Positions 19,813-28,452 of a stretch of 32,000 nt of DNA are shown piece by piece; the stretch's first letter is position 1; every line of letters starts with the position of its first letter. Source of the DNA: Candidatus Heimdallarchaeota archaeon B3_Heim (lineage in GTDB: Archaea > Asgardarchaeota > Heimdallarchaeia > Hodarchaeales > Hodarchaeaceae); NCBI GenBank assembly GCA_003144275.1, contig NJBF01000002.1:1-32000 (forward strand), in the 5' to 3' direction. The translations under genes and the position numbers were made by a program. The notes beneath the pieces were generated by a model. It saw only the letters and a list, made by a program, of their open reading frames with translations, was not told where the DNA came from and did no database searches.

Positions 19813-20754
19813 TTACTTTAAACTTTTTGTTAATAAGCCTGTAACTCCAGAGATTTGATTTTCTTCATTTAAATCACCTTTTAATATAACAACAAATTCA
19901 TTCTCATTACTGAGGATTTCTGTATGATCATTAATAATTGAATAAATTGTTGCTTTTGTCCCGAGACTTCTAACTCCTGCTAATATTAGTACCCATTTTT
20001 CTGTGTGTATAGGATTCCGAAAAATTGCTATTAAGGCTTGATTTGGTTCTGAAAAATCTTCCTTCCCTGACACTAACCTATTTTCAGTAAAATAGACATT
20101 AAACTTTTGCTTCAGCGTTTTATTAAACTTGGCCGTTAATTCGTTTGTAATATGCCCTCCTATAAGAATCAGATTACTTGGTTTTGCTGGTTTCCCTGAC
20201 AAATAATTCAGATCGGTAACGACAAGATTCGAGTTAGGGTGGTGGTATGTATTTGCTAATTTAGTACCAAGATACCAACATAATTCACCCACAAGATGGC
20301 CGTCGCGGGATATAGCATCATATTTTCCATGAGGAACCGAGCTTCCCACAACAATTCTTGCATCAAACTCCCTAGGTGTGCAGAATCGTGGTAGAAATAA
20401 TTTTTCAAAAACTGACTCTTCTACTTTAGAACCATTATTTAGTAATGTGAGTAAGAAGTCAGTTGCGACAGGTCTTAGTAACTTGGCTCTTCCTTGTTTT
20501 ATAGAGCGTAATCCTTTAAGCTCAATTAAACCTGCTTTACGTAATTGCGTTAGATGGTAGTGAATTTTCGATTCAGAAATATTTAATTCCTTTGCTAACT
20601 GTTTTGCATAAATAGGTTCATCTTGTATCAGTAGTTTCATTATTTTCCAACGTAATCTATGGGCAAGGACAATAGCTTGTGATGGGTCAATAACATAAAG
20701 ATGATTTTTCATATATTTTACTCCATACATACTCGGATCTTGGACAGGAAGCAA
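19813..20754 (-). CDS. ArsR-like winged HTH fused to a C-terminal S-layer_C-like domain (start uncertain)
   Basis: AKQLAKELNISESKIHYHLTQLRKAGLI, then IVVGSSVPHG...RDGH and NLILIGG..TN..T. Confidence 0.7.
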   Translation of the reverse strand: MLPVQDPSMYGVKYMKNHLYVIDPSQAIVLAHRLRWKIMKLLIQDEPIYAKQLAKELNISESKIHYHLTQLRKAGLIELKGLRSIKQGRAKLLRPVATDFLLTLLNNGSKVEESVFEKLFLPRFCTPREFDARIVVGSSVPHGKYDAISRDGHLVGELCWYLGTKLANTYHHPNSNLVVTDLNYLSGKPAKPSNLILIGGHITNELTAKFNKTLKQKFNVYFTENRLVSGKEDFSEPNQALIAIFRNPIHTEKWVLILAGVRSLGTKATIYSIINDHTEILSNENEFVVILKGDLNEENQISGVTGLLTKSLK

Positions 20755-20930
20755 AAAGAACTGCCTCTAAAAAAACTGACTCAAAATGAACTAGAATAGT
20801 AATTAATCAAAAAAGGTAGTTTGTTTCGTTTTTATTTCTGGAATTCTTTAGTACGAAGTACAGGATTAACGGGGTGAATTTCCTTCTGGAGAGCAAAAAC
20901 AATTTCTAAAACTGATTTGAATGTATTATC

Positions 20931-20966
20931 TACTTCAAGTAAATCTTAAGATAAGACATTTAAATA
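20931..20966. promoter_or_regulatory. Two adjacent palindromes and a TATA-like box between the divergent HTH gene and glmS
   Basis: TACTTCAAGTA (20931-20941), ATCTTAAGAT (20943-20952), TTTAAATA (20959-20966). Confidence 0.35.
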
Positions 20967-21043
20967 CCTTTTATTGTAAAGTTTAACATCAGAATAATTT
21001 CTATCTATTCATTTAATCTCATTTCCGGGTGGAAGTATTTTAT

Positions 21044-22873
21044 ATGTGTGGAATCATTGCTATCACTACTCGCAGAAAAACCAATGTCTCAAAAATGATC
21101 ACTTCAGGCTTGAAACGGCTAGAATATCGCGGTTATGACAGTGTAGGTATTGCAACAATCAGTGAGGGTAAAATCCAAACAATGAAAGATGCAGGTACAA
21201 TAGATCAAGTAACCAGCAGACTCTCTTTTGATACACTTGAAGGAAGTACAGGTATTGGACATACACGATGGGCAACTCATGGTCCACCTACTCGTATAAA
21301 TGCGCATCCTCATGCTGATTGTTCAGATTCGTTAATGGTAGTTCATAATGGAATCATTGATAATTATCTATCTCTTAGAAATGATTTAAAGAAGCAAGGT
21401 CATAAATTTAAATCCGAGACAGATACAGAAGTTCTTGCACATCTGATAGAGGAAGAATTCAAATCAGAAAAAGGCCCCAATGCAGTTATCCAAGCTTTCA
21501 AGAAAGCATTAGACAAAATCGAAGGTACTTATGCGATAACATTAATTCATACAGCTGACCCTACAAAAATATTTTTAGCTCGCAAAGATAGTCCACTTGT
21601 TATTGGAGTACAGGATGATACAAAGTTCGCTGCGAGTGATATTCCAGCATTTTTAGAATATACTAAGAATGCTATTGTACTTAAAAATGGTGAAGTTGCC
21701 ACATTAACACCAGAGGCAGTCTATATCGAGAAAAACGGGTTTAGAGTTCAACCGAAACCGTTTATTGTATCTTGGACTGCAGAAAGTGCACAAAAAAGTG
21801 GGTACCCCCATTTTATGCTAAAAGAAATTCATGAACAGCCTATTGCATTGCAGAATACCCTGAATGTAAATGTCAAAGCTCTTGAAGAGGCCACGAAGAG
21901 AATTCTTGAAGCAGAGAAAATCATTATTCTGGCGGCAGGGACAAGTTATCACGCGGGACTTTCTGGATATTACCAATTTCAACGCTTACTAAAACAAAAA
22001 CCTATATATCCAATAATTGCTTCGGAATATGAGACCTACAATCACCTCGTTGATGAAAATACGTGTATTCTAGCAGTAAGCCAATCTGGTGAAACTTTAG
22101 ATGTAATGAAGGGCCTTACTGCTGCAAGAAAAGCTGGAGCAAAGATAATTTCGATAGCAAATGTCATTGATTCGTCAATACCCAGATTAAGTCAAGTTGC
22201 TCTTTACACAAAAGCTGGGCCAGAAATAGGAGTTGCAGCTACCAAAACTCACACTGCACAAGTAGCCCTTCTTGCGAGGTTATCACTACAATTAGAGTAT
22301 TCATTGAATGTATGGAATCAACAGGAATTTTCTTCTATAATTACAGATTTCACTTCAGAAGTCCCTTCCATTACACGAACGGTAATCAATCAGAACGAAT
22401 TTAAAGCAAAACAGCTAGCTTCCATTATATCAGACCAAAATCATTCATATTTTCTTGCGAGAGGAAAAAATTTACCAATTGCTATGGAAGGAGCATTAAA
22501 ATTAAAAGAAATATCTTACATTCATGCAGAGGCTTTTCCTGCTGGAGAAAGTAAACATGGTCCGATTGCTATCGTAGAACCTAAATTTCCTGTCTTTATT
22601 ATATCACCAAAAGATGAGACAAGGAAAAAAATGTTCAGCAATTCGGAAGAGATGAAAGCTCGGGGAGGATATATCATCTCCATAACGCATAAAGACCAAG
22701 AAATTGTTAAAAGATCTGATCAAAGCTTTCTGATTCCTGAATCTAGTTCTCCCTTAATTACACCTATCTCATATGTCATTCCATTACAGATGATCTCATA
22801 TTACGCTGCTGTCCATCGAGGTTTTGACCCTGATAAACCCAAAAACCTCGCTAAAACAGTTACGGTAGAATAA
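21044..22873 (+). CDS. glmS: Glutamine--fructose-6-phosphate aminotransferase (isomerising)
   Basis: The true start is ATG 21044, giving the MCGI Ntn nucleophile. Motifs LEYRGYDS, GHTRWATHG, VSQSGET, EGALKLKE, NLAKTVTVE. Confidence 0.98.
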   Translation: MCGIIAITTRRKTNVSKMITSGLKRLEYRGYDSVGIATISEGKIQTMKDAGTIDQVTSRLSFDTLEGSTGIGHTRWATHGPPTRINAHPHADCSDSLMVVHNGIIDNYLSLRNDLKKQGHKFKSETDTEVLAHLIEEEFKSEKGPNAVIQAFKKALDKIEGTYAITLIHTADPTKIFLARKDSPLVIGVQDDTKFAASDIPAFLEYTKNAIVLKNGEVATLTPEAVYIEKNGFRVQPKPFIVSWTAESAQKSGYPHFMLKEIHEQPIALQNTLNVNVKALEEATKRILEAEKIIILAAGTSYHAGLSGYYQFQRLLKQKPIYPIIASEYETYNHLVDENTCILAVSQSGETLDVMKGLTAARKAGAKIISIANVIDSSIPRLSQVALYTKAGPEIGVAATKTHTAQVALLARLSLQLEYSLNVWNQQEFSSIITDFTSEVPSITRTVINQNEFKAKQLASIISDQNHSYFLARGKNLPIAMEGALKLKEISYIHAEAFPAGESKHGPIAIVEPKFPVFIISPKDETRKKMFSNSEEMKARGGYIISITHKDQEIVKRSDQSFLIPESSSPLITPISYVIPLQMISYYAAVHRGFDPDKPKNLAKTVTVE

Positions 22874-22887
22874 AACGAAAAAATAAA

Positions 22888-23247
22888 TTACCTGTATAGA
22901 ACTCGTTCTATCGTCTTTGAGGATTGTTCTTTTTTCGTTTCAGTTTCCTCCTCATCATCTTGATCCATAGGTATTCGATAAAACTTATTCTCATTCCCAA
23001 CCTGAACATAGATCGCCCCAGGATATTTGTTTTTATTTTCTAATTTCTCTTTGAATTGACCGAAAAAACGAACAATTTCATCTTTAGTCTCAGATACAGC
23101 TATTACTCGGCTTCCATACAGCAATACCCATTTACCCTTACATATTGCTTTTCGTAAGAGGGCCTGCATACTCCAGTAAGATGCTTCTTCATGGAGAAAG
23201 TAATCTAAAATCGTCAAACAATTGCATCCATTTTCTTGATGAATCAC
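22888..23247 (-). CDS. DUF5678-like small protein
   Basis: EEASYW.MQALL....KGKWVLLYGSRVIAV pattern, then YVQVG.E. Confidence 0.45.
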   Translation of the reverse strand: MIHQENGCNCLTILDYFLHEEASYWSMQALLRKAICKGKWVLLYGSRVIAVSETKDEIVRFFGQFKEKLENKNKYPGAIYVQVGNENKFYRIPMDQDDEEETETKKEQSSKTIERVLYR

Positions 23248-23501
23248 AATCTGTCAAGAAAAAATCAAGTCACATCTTAGAACTTAAGTTAAAAAACGTT
23301 ATGGTTAGCAGAAATTTCAATATTAACGCTTCATTTCTTCCAATATTGCAAATGGTGATTCGATTTCCACTATGAATAGTTCATATCGGAAGAAACTTAA
23401 AAATGAAAAAGAATTCATTTCTACTTTTCAAATTTCTCAGCTAATTCTAATATAGTATCAAATAAGAGCGGAAGATTTGAGAAATATAAATTTCTGAAAA
23501 T

Positions 23502-23981
23502 TTAAATAGGTTCAAACAGAATCCAGAAGTGTATAGCAAATCCAGTTAGTATACCCATGACAATAAGGCGAATTGTAGTACCGATAATTCGTTCTCTTAT
23601 AGTTCTTTCTTCACTCGTCTCGACAAAGAAAATCAACCAGAAAACCGAGAATATTCCACCAAATGAAAACAGTAAAGCTAATGGGTAATATAATCCTTGA
23701 TCAATGAACGGAGCCCAACCAGAGAATTCGTCTTCAGACGTTTCCGTAGAATCAGTAGTATCGGTAGTATCGGTAGTATCAGTAGTATCGGTAGTATCGT
23801 TTTCTAGGAGAATGTCAAATGCAATATAAAAGTTAGGTGTTTCAGTTTCTGGAACGACCGTTATTTTGTTAATATCACCATTCTCCTGTTGATAAGCTGA
23901 TAGAGGGGTTACAATAAATACTGTGAACAGAGTTAATGCAAAAAGACAAATAGCGACATGTCGAATACCCTTAGAGGTCAT
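23502..23981 (-). CDS. Membrane protein with signal/TM helix, DTT-repeat linker and two C-terminal TMs
   Basis: Hydrophobic N-terminus, (DTT)5 DST linker, two C-terminal hydrophobic helices. Confidence 0.75.
   Translation of the reverse strand: MTSKGIRHVAICLFALTLFTVFIVTPLSAYQQENGDINKITVVPETETPNFYIAFDILLENDTTDTTDTTDTTDTTDSTETSEDEFSGWAPFIDQGLYYPLALLFSFGGIFSVFWLIFFVETSEERTIRERIIGTTIRLIVMGILTGFAIHFWILFEPI
23751..23799. repeat. 9-bp tandem repeat ATCRGTAGT x5 plus a partial copy, encoding (Asp-Thr-Thr)n on the minus strand
   Basis: Units start at 23751, 23760, 23769, 23778 and 23787. Confidence 0.95.
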
Positions 23982-24193
23982 TGTTTTTCTTTACTCCAAG
24001 AATCAGGCTGAAGAAATCGCCCTTTTCATCGATTCTTGCTTAAATGTAGTTGTTTAAAAAAACTTACTTAATGTTCGAGCTTCGTCAATTTTCTTTATTG
24101 ATCTGTCAAATTGAGGGGAAAAGAATAAAGAAAAATAATTAAACTTCTCTTACTGCCTTATTACTTTTTCATAACGGACTAAAGATAAACAAT

Positions 24194-24266
24194 GCGCTGA
24201 TAGTCTAGTCTGGTAGGACTCCAGCCTTCCAAGCTGGCTACCCGGGTTCAAATCCCGGTCGGCGCA
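24194..24266 (+). tRNA. tRNA-Gly(TCC), no intron, CCA not encoded
   Basis: Acceptor GCGCTGA/TCGGCGC-A; anticodon arm CCAGC-CTTCCAA-GCTGG; T arm CCGGG-TTCAAAT-CCCGG. Confidence 0.97.
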
Positions 24267-24282
24267 TATTATAATTAAGGTA

Positions 24283-25524
24283 TCAAGTGACAACATATCT
24301 TAAAATTACGCATATGCCACCGAAACTTTCTATCTGACGTCCTTCTTCCGTTTGTGAACTTATAATCTCCACTTGTGTACTTGTCTTTTCTGCAAGATCA
24401 CCAAGGTCCATTATCAGGTCTTTTAGCACAACGTTCCAATTAACACTTTTGCATTGAGAGCACTGGTCTTTTTGTAAAGTAGAACTAAAGTTATCTACAT
24501 CAATTGGATCTAATGTTTTTTCTATAATATGGTTGCAATTTTTACATGTTGCAATTACTCGCGTTTTATTTACGCTTTCTGAAATTAATAATACCTCTAC
24601 TGCTCCCATTATTAGGTTCTCTCTAACCTGTTGTTCCCCATAATTGGCTTTTCCTGCAATAAGAGCATCTTTGAACCTTCGTACTAGCTGTTTTTCTTCC
24701 ATAATTGCAATTCCCTCCAAGACTTCCTCGGAATTTTCGACCAGTTCATTAATGCCACCTTCATCCCCGCCATATCCTAAATTTTTGATACCCACAACTT
24801 TATCTCGCAATCTGGGGTCAAAATGTTCAATAATTTGATCTTTGGTTTGACCTGGACCACCAATGATTACTCCTTTCAATTCATATTTAGCATCTTCAAG
24901 GAAGTATTGCTTCATTTCATCTGCTACTCGTTTTAAGTAACGAGCAATTGCTTCAACTCGCAGTCGAGCATACCGAACACTACTTTGACCGCCTTTTCTA
25001 TGTTTTTTTGCAGCTCCACTTCGTGTACTCTTAATAATCTGGACATGATCTCCCTTTAAGGTGGCAATAGTAGCTTTAGCACTGTCTATAGCTAATAGTG
25101 CAAAAACATCTTTTTCTCCCAATTTTTCAATCAGATGCTCAACATGGAATCGATTATCGCAAACATATAGCTTTCGTGAAATGGGATCTTTGGGTTCGAA
25201 AACGTAAGATTCTAACTTAAAATCCTTATGTCCAGAATCAGCAGTAGCACCCGCAAATATAGCCAATCCTGACTCTGGTGCTTTGTGTCCGTATAATCTA
25301 AGTTTTCCAATTACGTTTCTTAGAGCTGAGACAACGTTTTTCTGAGTAAATTTGCTTCTAATATTGGTAGCAGTGCCAATTTCATCTGATAATTCTTGTA
25401 CAAAATCTGCGATAGCACGATTTGGAGGAACATAAAGAGAAATCAGACATGTACTCCCATCAGGAGATTCTTTCTCTTTTAATTCTTTTAATTCCCTTTC
25501 ATATTTATAAGCTCTATAAGAAAT
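24283..25524 (-). CDS. prf1: Peptide chain release factor aRF1, 413 aa if initiated at ATT 25524
   Basis: The ORF track gives only 24283..25266, but the frame stays open 86 codons further upstream, encoding LISLYVPP and TATNIRS. Also YVCDNRF, GGQ, and the CxxC..CxxC insert. Confidence 0.95.
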   Translation of the reverse strand: MSYRAYKYERELKELKEKESPDGSTCLISLYVPPNRAIADFVQELSDEIGTATNIRSKFTQKNVVSALRNVIGKLRLYGHKAPESGLAIFAGATADSGHKDFKLESYVFEPKDPISRKLYVCDNRFHVEHLIEKLGEKDVFALLAIDSAKATIATLKGDHVQIIKSTRSGAAKKHRKGGQSSVRYARLRVEAIARYLKRVADEMKQYFLEDAKYELKGVIIGGPGQTKDQIIEHFDPRLRDKVVGIKNLGYGGDEGGINELVENSEEVLEGIAIMEEKQLVRRFKDALIAGKANYGEQQVRENLIMGAVEVLLISESVNKTRVIATCKNCNHIIEKTLDPIDVDNFSSTLQKDQCSQCKSVNWNVVLKDLIMDLGDLAEKTSTQVEIISSQTEEGRQIESFGGICVILRYVVT

Positions 25525-25533
25525 TGTAAATTT

Positions 25534-25538
25534 CTCCT
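25534..25538 (-). promoter_or_regulatory. Shine-Dalgarno AGGAG, 9 nt upstream of the in-frame ATT of aRF1
   Basis: Minus strand reads TAGGAGAAATTTACA-ATT-TCT; the 9-nt spacing matches that of mvk. Confidence 0.65.
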
Positions 25539-25679
25539 ATAATATTACTAGTAAGGATGTATTCTCCCCGTACTCCATATTTCTTTCTTTCAACACACTA
25601 ATAAAAGTATTATCAATGATAATAGCGAAAGAAGGGGAGAACGCACTTTTTGATTACAATTATGCAAGATCGAGTGAAA

Positions 25680-26690
25680 TCACAATCTCGTTTTTTCTTC
25701 ATACACAGGTTTGAGTACCCTCTCAAATTGAGAGTAATTTTGCAATAGAGCATTAAGAGTCAGTTTTTTCCAATCACATATAGCTGAATATTCCACCAGA
25801 TCCAGTCCTAATAGTGAGGAGGAAGAATCATTTAGGAGAATAGAGATTTCTTCAAAGAGATTTTCTAGCTTCTTTATATGCAAATTTATGCTTTTTTTCT
25901 TACGTTCCCTGAATAAAACCAAGTCTTCAAAGAGATTTATTTCTTTACCAACAAGAGTGGGAGTGGTTAGATCAATGTGATCTGGTAGCATTTGAATTTG
26001 TTGATTTAAATTCATTGTATGTCCAATTAGTAATATACGATGCCAATAACTGGACAAACCTAAATAATTTTGCGTAGGTTGAAGATAATCTAGATCTATT
26101 GAGATGTACACCTTTTTCTCAGCAATCCACTCTAAAAATGAATTATCTTCACTTAATTCTGTCAGCTCTGAAGCAATATACGGTACAGAAGAGCGCGCAT
26201 AATTCAACTCATAAAATGTATCAGCCCAGCCCCCAATAATTGAAGTTCGTTTTGCGATATTTTCTGTAAGCCAGGCTCCATGAATACCTGTATAATTCCC
26301 TAAATCCAAATGAGCATCAAATGTAATTATTCTAAAGTTATCCTTATGCCTTCTTAAAAGTAATTGAGCTTTATAGCGGGAAGGAGCATGTGACGTCGCT
26401 AATGTTAACTTCTTATTGCTGATCTTCCAAGAATTATCTGGAATATCTGTAAAAGAATTTGTACCTAGAATATTAGTGTGGGGTGGATTGTTGAGGAGTT
26501 GTTTGAAATGATTTTCAAACGTACTATTGATAAGTCCGCTAAAATCGATACCAAGGTGATTTTTCCGAATTTTTTGGATCTGTCGCCAGGCCCAATATTC
26601 CTCAGCCCAAAACTGTGTTACTCCATAGGTTGTATCTGGGACACAACTAGGGAAATGGGCACCGTTTGTAAATTGTTTAGATTTATTCAA
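25680..26690 (-). CDS. Divergent arginase/ureohydrolase-family protein
   Basis: IITFDAHLD, VYISIDLD and GLDLVEY motifs; no GGDH. Confidence 0.62.
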   Translation of the reverse strand: MNKSKQFTNGAHFPSCVPDTTYGVTQFWAEEYWAWRQIQKIRKNHLGIDFSGLINSTFENHFKQLLNNPPHTNILGTNSFTDIPDNSWKISNKKLTLATSHAPSRYKAQLLLRRHKDNFRIITFDAHLDLGNYTGIHGAWLTENIAKRTSIIGGWADTFYELNYARSSVPYIASELTELSEDNSFLEWIAEKKVYISIDLDYLQPTQNYLGLSSYWHRILLIGHTMNLNQQIQMLPDHIDLTTPTLVGKEINLFEDLVLFRERKKKSINLHIKKLENLFEEISILLNDSSSSLLGLDLVEYSAICDWKKLTLNALLQNYSQFERVLKPVYEEKTRL

Positions 26691-26696
26691 TTCAGT

Positions 26697-27377
26697 TCAA
26701 CGATTTTGAATTACAGTACCCACATTTACTCCTTCAATCGCTTGTTCAATTTTATTCATTACTTTTGGACAAATAATTATCCGAATATTGGAACGTTCAC
26801 AAATTTTTGCTGCAATCAGTGTGAAAGGGGCATTTGATCCTGCTCCTAAAGAAAGGGGAGAAATTACTTCATAAAATTCTTTATAGGTTAATTCAATGAA
26901 TTTCTTTGCATCAGGATAATTTCGAGGATCTTTATCATATATTCCATCTACATTAGTAACATTAATCAAAATTGGTGATCCGAAAAGATCAGCAACGATT
27001 GCTGCATCTTCATCAGTCTTTACTGCGGGTAAAAATCCACCAGATAAGCCAACATCAAAATGTCGCATTTGTTGTCTTAATTCCTCAATAGTTCTGGGTA
27101 AAATTGGAGAAGAAAAACCTTTAAAATAGTAGGATAGCAACTCAGCGTTTAACCATGTCGCCGCAATACCTATGTAATCACGTTCACCCTCAGTCAGCCC
27201 TTGAGGGAGAGCATGGATGTAATCTCGGGCAACTTTTCCCCCTCCACAAACAATCATAAACCTATATCGTGGAATAAGTTTTTCAATGACCTTAGAAAAC
27301 TCTTCTAAGAAATTAACATCAATCTGGCCTGGATTAATGATTGAACCACCCAAAGAAAGTGTAATTACTGGTTTCAT
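26697..27377 (-). CDS. pyrH: UMP kinase
   Basis: SLGGS, VCGGGKVARDYI, DYIGIAATWLNA, TNVDGIYDKDP. Confidence 0.96.
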   Translation of the reverse strand: MKPVITLSLGGSIINPGQIDVNFLEEFSKVIEKLIPRYRFMIVCGGGKVARDYIHALPQGLTEGERDYIGIAATWLNAELLSYYFKGFSSPILPRTIEELRQQMRHFDVGLSGGFLPAVKTDEDAAIVADLFGSPILINVTNVDGIYDKDPRNYPDAKKFIELTYKEFYEVISPLSLGAGSNAPFTLIAAKICERSNIRIIICPKVMNKIEQAIEGVNVGTVIQNR

Positions 27378-27595
27378 TCTGATTTACTCCGAATACTTCT
27401 TAATGGAAATCTGTCTTACTACTTTAAAGTACTTCTCCTAGATTTAATAGATTTTTGATCTGATAATAATTTCTATTTTAACAGAAGAAAAAGGAATTTA
27501 GATCAATATAGTCTAGCTAAAATCACAATAGATCACTTATTCCTTAAAGAAGAGTCCATAATCAAATATCTAATAAAAAGGGAGGAAGAAAGTAG

Positions 27596-27791
27596 TGCCG
27601 AGGGCGCGAATTTCAGGTAGAGACACCTGTTCCCTATAAATGCCTTTTGAACGCACGGCAACTGGATTTCTGACGATTTAAAAAATCTTCAGACTTCAGT
27701 CCAGCGCTTACGGGATTCATCTCCATTTATGGAAACGATCCTCCCGGGTTACTCGTCTACTCACAGGAGTAAACTCTAAGCTACCTCGGCA
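27596..27791 (-). ncRNA. Candidate ~196-nt structured RNA of unknown family
   Basis: Terminal 8-bp helix (27596-27603/27784-27791), five hairpins and a 5-bp bridging helix. About 47% GC in an AT-rich intergenic region. G-U pairs favour the minus strand. Confidence 0.6.
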
Positions 27792-27797
27792 ATGTAT

Positions 27798-27986
27798 TTA
27801 GGTTATCCTTCGACGGTGGTTAAAATTCTTTCGTTGCCAAGCATACCGCCTTAGCTTTGGACTTGGGTATCCACAGGATGCACATCGACCTTTTCGCTTG
27901 TGAAAACTACGGTTTCCACAGCGTCTACATTGCATATGTGTCCTATGCGATGTTCGTTTTCCTCGTGAGGTTGTTCCTTTTGTCAT
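27798..27986 (-). CDS. rpl37e: 50S ribosomal protein L37e
   Basis: MTKGT.S.GKR...TH..CRRCG..SFH..K..CASCGYP. Confidence 0.98.
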   Translation of the reverse strand: MTKGTTSRGKRTSHRTHMQCRRCGNRSFHKRKGRCASCGYPSPKLRRYAWQRKNFNHRRRIT

Positions 27987-28030
27987 TTTGTTCCAGCTCT
28001 ATAAATTTTCAATTAATCTAAGACACAAGT

Positions 28031-28273
28031 CTACGATGGAGGCGAGATAAGGATTACGTTGTCTCCCCTAAGAATGATATTTCCAAGGGATTCTGTACGT
28101 TCTTCTTCACCTGCTTCTTCGTTGCCAGCATGAATCATTTCAGCGTTTTCTAAATATAAATTGAGATGGGGATCATAACTACGTAATGTACCACGAATCT
28201 CACGTTTACCTCTAACTTTAAGGATCACAGTTTGATTCAAAGCATCTGTTAAAACATCTAAAGGTCGACTCAT
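28031..28273 (-). CDS. Sm-like archaeal protein (SmAP/Lsm)
   Basis: Sm1 motif G.LRSYDPHLNLYL and Sm2 motif IILRGDNVILISP; sits in the conserved position before rpl37e. Confidence 0.96.
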   Translation of the reverse strand: MSRPLDVLTDALNQTVILKVRGKREIRGTLRSYDPHLNLYLENAEMIHAGNEEAGEEERTESLGNIILRGDNVILISPPS

Positions 28274-28316
28274 TTCTAATCACTCTAACAAGAAAGGAAA
28301 TCATGTACTGAGGATA

Positions 28317-28452
28317 TGCTCCGACCGGGATTTGAACCCGGGTCATCTCGCAGGAGACTTCTTGTGTAATCCTATATCGAGGCGAAAGCCCAATATGATT
28401 AGCCGTGGGTATCGAACTGATGCCCTCATGGGCCAAGCTACACTATCGGAGC
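28317..28452 (-). tRNA. tRNA-Glu(TTC) with two non-canonical introns: 28399-28428 (position 21/22, 30 nt) and 28345-28375 (position 44/45, 31 nt)
   Basis: Removing both introns gives a 75-nt cloverleaf: GCTCCGA/TCGGAGC-A, anticodon arm TTGGG-CTTTCGC-CTCGA, T arm CCGGG-TTCAAAT-CCCGG. Each junction forms a 4-bp helix flanked by 3-nt bulges. Confidence 0.88.

Noticed and set aside
21029-21043. GTG 21029 as the glmS start
   Set aside because: GlmS needs an N-terminal Cys after Met removal; ATG 21044 gives MCGI.
25488-25502. prfB-style programmed frameshift from mini-ORF MKGN* into aRF1 as the main expression route
   Set aside because: It would need a -1 shift with no classical slippery heptamer. 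The residues upstream of it (RAYKY) fit the aRF1 N-terminus, and the SD is spaced for ATT 25524.
27596-27791. Identifying the structured RNA as RNase P, SRP, a hammerhead, a lysine riboswitch or a U5/Sm-site snRNA
   Set aside because: Only short fragments match (GAGUAACCCGGG, CUGAAGA..GAAA, plus-strand GAGGGCGCGAA and GCCUUUU, AUUUUUUA). The required partner motifs or pairings are absent, or the fragment is buried in a hairpin.
28345-28382. Canonical 37/38 intron in tRNA-Glu
   Set aside because: It leaves too few nucleotides to form the 3' anticodon stem; the 44/45 intron gives a complete stem and a BHB-like junction.
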